A stretch of 64,000 nucleotides of DNA from the NCBI GenBank assembly GCA_963664015.2, contig CAXXLF010000001.1, forward strand, positions 32,001-96,000. Direction: 5' to 3'. This stretch comes from Candidatus Binatia bacterium. Lineage in GTDB: Bacteria > Desulfobacterota > Binatia > UBA9968 > CAXXLF01. Shown here one piece after another: positions 44,002-52,778 of this stretch (positions within the stretch are counted from its first letter, which is position 1; each line of letters opens with the position of its first letter). The notes under the pieces were generated by a model. The model was given only the letters and a program-made list of their open reading frames with translations, was not told the origin of the DNA and did not search any database. The position numbers were made by a program, and so were the translations under genes.

Positions 44002-44550
44002 ATGAGCCAGGCTTCAGGAAAAATCGACCTCGCCAAGTTCAGAGAGGCCAATAAGGACCAGCGGGAGCGGGCCAAGAGGGGCCCCGGGGGGCACACGATT
44101 CAAACCCGCGCCGTGATCCGCCTGATCGAAAATCAACTAAAAGAGGCCAGGGTCGGAGATTATACCCTGCGGTGCGACGAGGCCAAGTCGCGAAAGGGAG
44201 GGGGAGAGGGGCCGTCGCCCCTGGCCTATTTCGTCGCTGCGACCGGATTTTGAATGTTCAGCCAACTGACGCGGTACGCGTCGGAACTGGACATTCAGAT
44301 CGATGATGCGGAAATGGATATCCGCATGAGCTACGACACACGGGGGAAGCAACACATTGCCGACGTCTCACCGGCCTGCCAGGAGGTGAATTACGTCTTC
44401 AAGATCAAGAGCCCCGCACCAACGTCCAAGATCACGGAGCTGGTAGAGATGATTGAGAAAGGGTGCCACACCATCAACACCCTGAAAGAGCCGATTCCTG
44501 TAAATGGTAAGCTGGCGCACAATGGGGAGACGATCGAAATAAAGGTCTGA
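44002..44550 (+). CDS. OsmC/Ohr-family protein with in-frame UGA, probable selenoprotein (Sec84)
   Basis: DE....GGGEGPSPLAYFVAATGF-TGA-MFSQ continues in frame to IEKGCHTINTL; TGA sits at the conserved Cys position; SECIS-like hairpin follows. Confidence 0.85.
44252..44296 (+). promoter_or_regulatory. Putative bacterial SECIS element
   Basis: GAATGTTCAG/CTGGACATTC lower stem, CCAA/AA internal loop, CTGACGCG/CGCGTCGG upper stem, GTA apical loop 20 nt after the UGA. Confidence 0.75.
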
Positions 44551-44574
44551 AGGCGCTTCGCGCCCTGAGCCAGT

Positions 44575-44814
44575 TGTCAGATGTCGGAGATCCGACGTCA
44601 GAGAAGAGACATAAGAGGTCGGAGAACCAAGATCAGAGTTCGGCTAAAAGGCAGGTAGCGTCAAGGTGCCAAGCTCGCAAAGAAAATTATTGTCCGATTC
44701 CTCCGACCTTGGCGTACTTTGTGTCTTTGCGCTCGCCCCATGGAGTATTGATCTCAAGGTAGGCCGAGTAAGCCCCAAAGGCTTTACTCCACGGGGCGAG
44801 CCCTCTTATTTCCG
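44575..44814. repeat. Intergenic repeat cluster: GTCAGA/GTCGGA units, host repeat, nested 17-bp inverted repeat
   Basis: GCTCGCCCCATGGAGTA (44731-44747) / TACTCCACGGGGCGAGC (44785-44801) inside CTTGGCGTACTTT...CTTATTTCCG. Confidence 0.7.
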
Positions 44815-44838
44815 GTTCTTTAACCAATAATTCTTTGA

Positions 44839-46413
44839 CTAAAATTTGATAAATATTTCTTTAGCCTCTTCGCCGGTCAACTGGCCGATGGTGGTGATCT
44901 TGTCGCTGAATTCCTTCAGCGTCCCCAGAGAGTTGGGACCGACATCGATGAGGATCGAAAATAGCGAGAAGCCCAGCTTATTCTTTTCCTTGCAAAAAGC
45001 CTCTGCCCATTCACCGTTGACCTGACACTCCCCGTCGGTAATAAACACGATGTCTCCCTTTCGGGAACGCGACTTTTTAAGGCAATCAAGGGCTGCATCC
45101 AGTGGTTTCTGAAAATCCGTTCCGCCGCCGGGGAAGTACTCGGCCAGATCCATGACCTTATCCATCTCGACCTCGTAGCGCTCCTTGGGATTCATGTCGA
45201 GGATCTGGAGGGGTGACTCATCCGAAGAAAAGCAAATGGATTGAAAAGGGCGACGCTGGCGTCTTGCCATCTCGAGCAACGTTAGGGTAACCGCCTTGGA
45301 CCAGATCTCCTTGTCTCCTGCCATAGAGGAGCTGCCGTCCAGGCAGACCACCATGGGCCCCTTACCCTTCTCATCGGTACCCCTGAGGGAGTACTGGAGC
45401 AACTCCTGATCGAGGAAACGGCGATAGAAGTCCTTTCTAAGCCCCGGATGATGCAGCACCATCAGCTCGTTGGGAAGCAAGTGGTGAATCGAATCGCCCC
45501 GTTCAATCTCCAGGATCTCTTCGCTGGAGCGCTCGAAGACCTTTTTGCGTAGCGCCAGGGCGGAAACCTTCATGCGCCCCACCATTCGAACCAGTTTTTT
45601 TAGCTTCTCGTTACCCGCAAGGCGTCGGCCGAGTTCCAGCTTTCGCCCGGCAGGTGAACGATAACCGGTTCCCAACGTCAAGCTCCATTGCTCAGCCTCA
45701 TCGGCGGCATCTTCGAGCAGTTGGGCGACCCGGATGGCCTCCACCTGGAAACGGGCGGTAGTTTCCTTCTCCAACCGTTCGAGTTCCTCTTTGAACCTGC
45801 CCGCCTTTTGCCTGAGCTGGGCCCCAGCCCCGTCGTACTCCCCCTCGATTTTTTTCTTTCCCTGTTGCAGGTTTTTCTTGGCTTCCTGACTTAGATCCTC
45901 CTGCGATAGCCTCTCTGCTTCATCCAGTTCCTCTCCCTTTTCTTCGATAATCTCCTCTTGTCTTTTCAAGTCCCACAGGTCCAGCATCCCATGCCGTGAA
46001 AGTGCCTTTTCCGACTTGAGCAGCGCGATCACGCTTTCGCCCAGTAGGAAGGTGCACAGACCGGCCTTGGCCTCGTCGAGCAGGGTCAATTCGCGCAACG
46101 AGTGGTAGAGCTGGCCCGTCTGAAGCGCCTGAATTAACGTGCGATTATACAGCGCACTGGGAAGAACATCAGACTCTTTTAAAAATATAATGTTATACTT
46201 GAAGAGTAAGCAGAAAAGATCCTGTAGTAACATCGGAAAGTATGGCAGCAACTTATTACCAATCAATTCCAATTGGCCAAAGGCAGGGGACTCTCTACGA
46301 ATGGTATCGTAGCTGTGCCGGTCGTAAGCATCGCTTTCGATCCAACTGGAGTTCCGGGGCAGGGAACGCAGGACCGGTTTGTGGGGTAGGGTTTTCTTCC
46401 GCTTCGGCGGCAT
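44839..46413 (-). CDS. VWA domain protein (ViaA-like)
   Basis: C-terminal MIDAS DGSSSM, GGTDF, ITDG; lies downstream of a MoxR ATPase. Confidence 0.85.
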   Translation of the reverse strand: MPPKRKKTLPHKPVLRSLPRNSSWIESDAYDRHSYDTIRRESPAFGQLELIGNKLLPYFPMLLQDLFCLLFKYNIIFLKESDVLPSALYNRTLIQALQTGQLYHSLRELTLLDEAKAGLCTFLLGESVIALLKSEKALSRHGMLDLWDLKRQEEIIEEKGEELDEAERLSQEDLSQEAKKNLQQGKKKIEGEYDGAGAQLRQKAGRFKEELERLEKETTARFQVEAIRVAQLLEDAADEAEQWSLTLGTGYRSPAGRKLELGRRLAGNEKLKKLVRMVGRMKVSALALRKKVFERSSEEILEIERGDSIHHLLPNELMVLHHPGLRKDFYRRFLDQELLQYSLRGTDEKGKGPMVVCLDGSSSMAGDKEIWSKAVTLTLLEMARRQRRPFQSICFSSDESPLQILDMNPKERYEVEMDKVMDLAEYFPGGGTDFQKPLDAALDCLKKSRSRKGDIVFITDGECQVNGEWAEAFCKEKNKLGFSLFSILIDVGPNSLGTLKEFSDKITTIGQLTGEEAKEIFIKF

Positions 46414-46484
46414 TTGATATTTACCTATCCATCCCTCAACAGAACAATTTCAACCATGTGTATCGGGCCAAGCCGGCCCCGAGT

Positions 46485-46726
46485 TAAAGTCCGAATTCCG
46501 AAGCTCGGAATCTCAAACAAACCGAGACACTCAAATCCAAAATTCAAAATCCAAAACCAGACTATTTGGAGTTTTATGTTTATTGATCAATTGGCTTTGT
46601 TTCGAATTTCGGATTTCGAGTTTCGAATTTGTAATCTTCTTTATACTTGGCGTACTTTACGTCTTTCCCTCGACTATGCTCGGGACCCTGAGCCTGTCGA
46701 ATGGTGCACGGATCATCTTATTTCCG
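46485..46726. repeat. Heptamer-based imperfect palindrome plus second host repeat with nested REP-like palindrome
   Basis: CCGAATTCCGAAGCTCGGAATCTCAAACAA...TTGTTTCGAATTTCGGATTTCGAGTTTCGAATTT, then CTTGGCGTACTTT...TCGAC..GCTCGGGACCCTGAGC..GTCGA...CTTATTTCCG. Confidence 0.7.
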
Positions 46727-46764
46727 AATTGTAATCCAAAACGGAAACCTTTTTATTTCATTGC

Positions 46765-47883
46765 CTAGAACTTTTCCAACATCTCCTTTTGGACCTCTTC
46801 GATATCTCCTTTAACGGCCTCGACCTTGTTCAGAGGTCGACCGAGTCTCTCGGCCTTGGCCAGGATCTGCTCCACCTTGGCCAGGATGTTACGGAGCTTG
46901 GTGTGGACCTCGATCAGGGCCTGAGCGCGGGCCTCATTGGACTCCCATGTACGCATGGCGTATTCACGCTGTTCTCGGGATTGGTAAAGTAACTCCTGGA
47001 GTTCTTCCTCATAGCCCAGCAGAAGATCGTGGATAGTCGATCGGACTTCGGGCAGCTCCCCCGGGTTGCGCCACAGGGAGTGCTCGAGAAAGAAGAGATC
47101 TCTTTCGCTGACTTCTTTACCACCGGTTAGATAGCAATGGGCCTGGAGCAGAGACAGGCATTGACGATAGCGCCGGTCCGAAGCGATGATGTTCTTTTTG
47201 CCAAGCTCTCTGCGGATATCCGCCATGGTCCGGTAGATGGACTCTGGGACCGGGATCTCACGGACCTCGGCCTGCATGCTGCGAAGCCCCTCCAGATCGA
47301 GGGTCGTGCGCTCCCCTTGGGCTGGTGCTTCCAGCATTCGGATAAATCGGGAATCCTCAACAATATAGTCGACCACGAAGCGCAGTAGGAATCGATCGTA
47401 AAGGGCAACCAGTTCGTCATCTTCTGGTAGCTCGTTGCTCGCACCGAACAGGGTCAATAGGGGAACCGGAACGACGGCCCTGCCGTTGTGAAAGATCCGT
47501 TCGTTAATAATCGTGAGTATGGCGTTGAGAATGGAAGAATTGGCTTTGAAGATCTCGTCCAGAAAGGCAATATGGCATTCGGGAAGTTTGTATGACGTCA
47601 CCCGGCGATAGTCGTCCTGCTCAAGCGCCTTGAGGCTTACCGCACCGAAAACCTCTTCCGGCGTGGTAAACCGGGTCAACAGCCACTGAAAATACTCGGC
47701 CCCAACCAACCGCCGGCAGATCTCGTCAGCCAGCATGGACTTCGCCGTCCCTGGAGGACCAACTATCATCACGTGTTGGGAGCAAAGCAGGGCGCAGAGG
47801 GAACCATCGATCAATTCGCTTCGTTCCAAAAAGCCCTGCTGGAGCTCGGTGCGGATTTTGATGAGAATTTCCTGAGGTGTCAT
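46765..47883 (-). CDS. MoxR-family AAA+ ATPase, RavA-like
   Basis: GPPGTAKS, LLTRFTTPEEVFG, FLDEIFKA, ASNELP, ALYDRF. Confidence 0.9.
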   Translation of the reverse strand: MTPQEILIKIRTELQQGFLERSELIDGSLCALLCSQHVMIVGPPGTAKSMLADEICRRLVGAEYFQWLLTRFTTPEEVFGAVSLKALEQDDYRRVTSYKLPECHIAFLDEIFKANSSILNAILTIINERIFHNGRAVVPVPLLTLFGASNELPEDDELVALYDRFLLRFVVDYIVEDSRFIRMLEAPAQGERTTLDLEGLRSMQAEVREIPVPESIYRTMADIRRELGKKNIIASDRRYRQCLSLLQAHCYLTGGKEVSERDLFFLEHSLWRNPGELPEVRSTIHDLLLGYEEELQELLYQSREQREYAMRTWESNEARAQALIEVHTKLRNILAKVEQILAKAERLGRPLNKVEAVKGDIEEVQKEMLEKF

Positions 47884-48049
47884 GGGACTTGACCTGAGCC
47901 AACCGGTCCTTATAAAGGTAGCAAATGACCCGGGATGAGACAACAAAAACCCTCGACCTGGGAGTGACAATTGCACCGGATGGAGGTATAAGTAAACTTA
48001 TAGCAAGGCGAACCTGGTTAGAAAAAAGTCGTAGTAGGAGGGAAACACT

Positions 48050-48868
48050 ATGCCTATTATCACCATATACCGCGGCGCCTCCAGTGGGGGAGCCGACCTG
48101 GCCGAACGAGTGGGCGCCGAGTTAGGCTACCGGTGCGTGAGCCGCGAGGTTCTACTCGAAGCGAGCCGGCGTTACGGTATCCCTGAAACCAAATTCACCG
48201 AAATCTTGGAATCCGAGCCCCACTGGTGGGAGCGTTGGCGCGAGAGTCTAAAGCTATATCGGGTCACGCTTCAGGCGGCTATGTGCGAAATGGCCCTGGA
48301 GGGGAATATCGTCTACCACGGTCACGTGGGGCATGAACTCCTCCGCGGCGTCAGCCATGTCCTCAAAGTCCACCTGACCGCAACATTGGAATATCAGATC
48401 GAGCAGGTGCGCAGCCGTGACGGGATGGACGAGGAGAGCGCTCGCCGTTACATCGAAAATACCAACAAGGCCCGCTCACGCCGGCTGCAAGACCTCTTTG
48501 GCGCTGACTGGATGGATTCTAGCCGTTTCGACATGGTCCTCAATCTCGCCCACATGAAACCGGAGACCGCCTGCCAACTGATCGTCGCTGCCGTTAAGGC
48601 AGAGGAGTTTCAACCATCGGCCGAGTCACAACAGGTCTTCGAGAATCTGGCCCTGGCCTCAAAAGTAGAAGCCGCCCTGATGAGCACCCCGAGCATGCGC
48701 CATCTCAACATCTTTATCCGGGCCGATGGTGGGGTGGTCCAAGTCAGTGGGGTGTTGACCCAACCAGCCCTACAGGATGTGATCGTCCATGAGGTCGAGC
48801 AGGTCCCGGGCGTCACCCAGGTCGTTGCCGAGCTGGAAACGGCACCGATGGAGTATATATTCCCTTAG
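48050..48868 (+). CDS. Cytidylate kinase-like protein with C-terminal BON domain
   Basis: IITI.RG..SGG..LA..V...LGY; C-terminal V.ADGGVVQVSG...VPGVTQV. Confidence 0.75.
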   Translation: MPIITIYRGASSGGADLAERVGAELGYRCVSREVLLEASRRYGIPETKFTEILESEPHWWERWRESLKLYRVTLQAAMCEMALEGNIVYHGHVGHELLRGVSHVLKVHLTATLEYQIEQVRSRDGMDEESARRYIENTNKARSRRLQDLFGADWMDSSRFDMVLNLAHMKPETACQLIVAAVKAEEFQPSAESQQVFENLALASKVEAALMSTPSMRHLNIFIRADGGVVQVSGVLTQPALQDVIVHEVEQVPGVTQVVAELETAPMEYIFP

Positions 48869-48889
48869 CCCCCTCGGCCTGTCTCTTTT

Positions 48890-49492
48890 ATGATTGCAGC
48901 GGTTATTTTATCCGGGGGTGAATCCAGCCGGATGGGTTCTCCCAAGGCCCTTCTCCCCGTGGATGGGCAGTCCTTTATCGAACGGATCGTTGGCGCCCTC
49001 CAGGCCAGCCGGGTGGGAAGGATCCTGGTGGTACTCGGCCATCACGCGAGCGAGATCGGACCCAGAATTCAACACCTATCGGTTACGGTGGTAGTCAATC
49101 AGGACTACCGAAAGGGGCAGCTCTCCTCGCTCGTCGCTGCCATCCAGTTCCTAGAAGCGGAAGAGGGTACAGAACCCATAGACGGCCTGATGGTCCACCT
49201 GGTGGACCACCCGTTTCTGAGCCCGGCGTTGGTTGACAAGATGATCGAACGTTTTTATCAGTCGGGAAAGTGGGTCGTGGTGCCCACGTATAAGGGCAAG
49301 CGCGGGCATCCGGTCCTATTTTCAAAAGAGCTTTTTTCCGAGCTCCTCGATGCGCCGCTGGAACAGGGCGCCAAGCGCGTCGTTCACGGCCACCGAAACG
49401 AGACCCTGGAGATTGCGACAGATGAGAAAGGGGTTGTGGTTGATATCGACACGCCGGAAGAGTATCGGGCCCACCTCGACCGGTCACCATGA
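48890..49492 (+). CDS. mocA: Molybdenum cofactor cytidylyltransferase-like nucleotidyltransferase
   Basis: LSGGESSRMGSPKALL, LVDHP, GHPVLF, DIDTPEEY; near an XDH-family gene. Confidence 0.75.
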   Translation: MIAAVILSGGESSRMGSPKALLPVDGQSFIERIVGALQASRVGRILVVLGHHASEIGPRIQHLSVTVVVNQDYRKGQLSSLVAAIQFLEAEEGTEPIDGLMVHLVDHPFLSPALVDKMIERFYQSGKWVVVPTYKGKRGHPVLFSKELFSELLDAPLEQGAKRVVHGHRNETLEIATDEKGVVVDIDTPEEYRAHLDRSP

Positions 49493-49517
49493 ACCGCCCG
49501 AGACCATGAAACTCTAA

Positions 49518-50255
49518 ATGGTACTGGCCCTGCTCCTTGGATCATCCATGCTCATGTCCTTCTGGGGAAATTTCAACCTGGCCAAGGATCATCGTACCGC
49601 AGACCGTTCTAGCGCCGAGATCGCCCCGGACCCAGCAGAAACCAAAGAAGCGATAGTCCAAGTCTACACGGCGCGTGCCTTTAACTGGCGTGGCATCTTC
49701 TCGCTGCACAGCTGGATCGCCACCAAGGAGACCGGGGCTTCATACTATACGATCTACCAGGTCATCGGCTGGCGCGTACGGCGAAATCTCCCCGCGCTTG
49801 TGGCCCTCCAAGACATCCCCGACCGAAACTGGTTTGGCGCCCGACCAAAAATAATATCCGACCTGAGAGGCGAGCCCGCCACAAAAGCCATTACGGGGAT
49901 CAACCAGGCCGTCGAGGAATATCCTTACGCCGGGAAATACACACTTTGGCCGGGACCCAACAGCAACACATTCACCGCCCATGTTGCGCGGAGGGTCCCC
50001 GAACTCGCCGCCGAGATTCCTTCCACGGCCATCGGTAAGGACTTTCTGACCAACGATTCGATCATCGGTCCTGCCCCTAGCGGAACCGGATATCAGCTAT
50101 CCCTATATGGCCTTGTGGGATTGCTCTTGGCCAAAGATGAAGGCTTGGAGATTAATCTGCTGGGGTTGATCTTTGGCATCGATCCCCTCGGACCTGCTAT
50201 AAAGTTGCCATTCATCGGCCGTCTCGGTTTCTCCCTCGACCAACCCAAAACCTGA
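49518..50255 (+). CDS. DUF3750 domain protein
   Basis: WRGIFSLHSWI, VIGWR, WPGPNSNTF, AIGKDF. Confidence 0.8.
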   Translation: MVLALLLGSSMLMSFWGNFNLAKDHRTADRSSAEIAPDPAETKEAIVQVYTARAFNWRGIFSLHSWIATKETGASYYTIYQVIGWRVRRNLPALVALQDIPDRNWFGARPKIISDLRGEPATKAITGINQAVEEYPYAGKYTLWPGPNSNTFTAHVARRVPELAAEIPSTAIGKDFLTNDSIIGPAPSGTGYQLSLYGLVGLLLAKDEGLEINLLGLIFGIDPLGPAIKLPFIGRLGFSLDQPKT

Positions 50256-50344
50256 TCGCCGTCGACCTGGGACCGGTAAAAAAAGATTGCAAATCACTGG
50301 AAAATCCGTCATCTTCTCCCTCCAGAACCGAGTCGTCACACCAA

Positions 50345-52576
50345 ATGAAGGAGCCAGCAGTGAAAAGTCAAATCGTTGGAATTTCCACTCCAAGAGTCGA
50401 AGGAGAACTGAAGGTTACGGGCAAAGCGGTCTACACGGTCGACAGGGTCCTACCCGACATGCTCTGGGGTAAGGTTCTAAGGAGCCCCATCCCCTACGGC
50501 TGTATCAAGCGAATTGACGTGAGCCGGGCGCGAAACCTGCCCGGGGTCAAGGCCATCGTTACGGCAGAGGACGCTCCAGGACGCAAGATCGGAAGACGAA
50601 TCTATGACATGCCGATCCTCGCCGAAAATGTCGTACGATTCATTGGAGAAAAGGTCGCCGCCGTTGCCGCAGAGACTGAGGATATAGCCGAACAAGCCGT
50701 CGATCTTATCGAAATCGAATATGAGGAAATGGATCCCGTACTCGACTCGATCCAGGCGATGGATCCTTCGACGCCGCTTATTCACCCGGATGTATTGAAC
50801 TACAAAGGTCGGCCCGGCAAGCTCGACGCCCCGAGCAACGCCTTTATTCAGCTTTCCTGGGGCAAGGGAAGCATTGAAGAGGGCTTCCAGCAGGCAGACA
50901 TCATCGTGGAGAACTCCTTCACGACCCCCATGGTACACCACGCTTACATCGAGCCGCACTCCTGCCTTGTCAAAACGAATACGGCCGGAGGTGCCGAGAT
51001 CTGGGCCTGCTGCAAAGCACCCTACGGCCTGCGCGACCAGATGGCCAATGCCTTTGATATTCCTACCGAGAAGTTCGTGTTGAACCCTTCATACATCGGC
51101 GGCGACTTCGGCGGTAAAGGCGATTTTATGGACGTCCCCGTTTGCTACCTCCTATCCAAGAAGGCGGGCCAGCCGGTCAAGATGGTCATGGACTACGAAG
51201 AGGAGTTAACCGCCGGCAATCCGCGCCACGCATCGATCATCAAGGTCAAGACCGGCGTCAAGCAAGACGGACAGATCGTCGCCCATTATATGGAATTTAT
51301 CTTCAACAGCGGCGCCTATGGTGCCTTCAAGCCCGTGGGTTTTCTAGGCGGCCCCCAGGAATCGGCCGGTCCTTACATGATTCCTCATGTGCTCATCGAA
51401 GAAAAGATGGTCTATACGAACCAGGTCCCCTGCGGGCACATGCGCTCGCCCGGTGACCCCCAGGATTTTTTCGCCAATGAGAGCCAGATGGACCTTATCG
51501 CCAAAAAGCTCGTCCTGGACCCCATTGCATTCAGAAAAAAGAATCTGATGCACGACGGCGACCTGTCCCCCACGGGCAAGGTTGTACCCTTTATCAAGGC
51601 CGAAGCGACCCTGGATAAGGCGCTCGAAGCCTCGGGCTATTACAAAACAAAACCGAAGAACGTCGGTCGAGGACTGGCCCTCACCCAATGGATGACCAAT
51701 GGGGGCAAGGGAACCGTAGCGCTTGATATCGACCAGGAAGGGATGGTGACCCTTTCCTCCGCTTTGGTCGACCAGGGTGGAGGAACCTTCACGGTGCTTT
51801 GTGAGGTCGTGGGGGAGGTGCTCGGCATCCCGGTGGAACAGATCAGGGTGCAGAGCCTGGACACGGGGCGGGGTATTGAAGACACGGGTATCGGCGGGAG
51901 CCGAGGGACCCGGGTCTTCGGCAACGCGGCCTATACGGCAGTTGCCAAGGCCGAAGAAGAGCTGAAAAACACCGCCGCGTCATTAATGGGGTTAAGTCCC
52001 GTGGATTTGCTCCTTGCCAAGGGGGCCGTCCAACATGCCAAAGGTAAGCGGCGTATGACCTACAGTGAGATCGTCAAGGCTAAGGGGGCACCGATCAGCG
52101 TTGTGGGCTCCTATGACGATACTGCCAAGGTCCCCGATGCCTCCATGTGTGTGCAGGTGGCGGAGGTGGAAGTGGACCAGGAGACCGGGGAAATCAAACT
52201 CAGGCGATTTACTTCAGCGCACAACACGGGGACGATTCTCAACCCGCTCATGCATCAGGGCCAGATCGAAGGCGGTATCGTGATGGGGTTGGGTTACTCC
52301 CTCATGGAACACCTCAGAGTCGAGGACGGCAAGGTTGCGACCACCCATTTTGGAGACTACAAAATTCCTACGATCCGCGATGTCCCGAACCTCAAGACCG
52401 CTATCCTTGAGGTACACCGCGGCTCCGGTCCTTATAACAGCATGAGCATCGGCGAGACCTCCAACATCCCGGTGGCCGCTGCCGTCGCCAATGCGGTGAA
52501 TGACGCCGTAGGAGTCAGGGTTAAATCACTCCCCATCGGCCCCGAAGAGGTCCTCGCGGCCATGAAACGATTCTGA
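50345..52576 (+). CDS. Xanthine dehydrogenase family molybdopterin-binding subunit
   Basis: KVTGKAVY, YIEPH, GGDFGGKG, MRSPG, GQIEGG, IGE. Confidence 0.92.
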   Translation: MKEPAVKSQIVGISTPRVEGELKVTGKAVYTVDRVLPDMLWGKVLRSPIPYGCIKRIDVSRARNLPGVKAIVTAEDAPGRKIGRRIYDMPILAENVVRFIGEKVAAVAAETEDIAEQAVDLIEIEYEEMDPVLDSIQAMDPSTPLIHPDVLNYKGRPGKLDAPSNAFIQLSWGKGSIEEGFQQADIIVENSFTTPMVHHAYIEPHSCLVKTNTAGGAEIWACCKAPYGLRDQMANAFDIPTEKFVLNPSYIGGDFGGKGDFMDVPVCYLLSKKAGQPVKMVMDYEEELTAGNPRHASIIKVKTGVKQDGQIVAHYMEFIFNSGAYGAFKPVGFLGGPQESAGPYMIPHVLIEEKMVYTNQVPCGHMRSPGDPQDFFANESQMDLIAKKLVLDPIAFRKKNLMHDGDLSPTGKVVPFIKAEATLDKALEASGYYKTKPKNVGRGLALTQWMTNGGKGTVALDIDQEGMVTLSSALVDQGGGTFTVLCEVVGEVLGIPVEQIRVQSLDTGRGIEDTGIGGSRGTRVFGNAAYTAVAKAEEELKNTAASLMGLSPVDLLLAKGAVQHAKGKRRMTYSEIVKAKGAPISVVGSYDDTAKVPDASMCVQVAEVEVDQETGEIKLRRFTSAHNTGTILNPLMHQGQIEGGIVMGLGYSLMEHLRVEDGKVATTHFGDYKIPTIRDVPNLKTAILEVHRGSGPYNSMSIGETSNIPVAAAVANAVNDAVGVRVKSLPIGPEEVLAAMKRF

Positions 52577-52778
52577 GGAAATCGTTTTTACGACTCGCCC
52601 TCGCCCGGGGAATCCGAGTCACTCAAATTGACGGCCCCCTAAAGTCGGCCTTTTGCGTTCGAGCGTTTCGTGAATTGCCCCTTCCCCTACCACTCGATAG
52701 TGCCAGCAAAGCCCACTGGGTGGGTTGGATCGCACTTATTCGCTTATCCTCGCCTCAGATTTATGACAAAATACCAAC

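Noticed and set aside
44575-46726. Intergenic repeats as a CRISPR array
   Set aside because: No regularly spaced identical repeats with unique spacers; no cas genes
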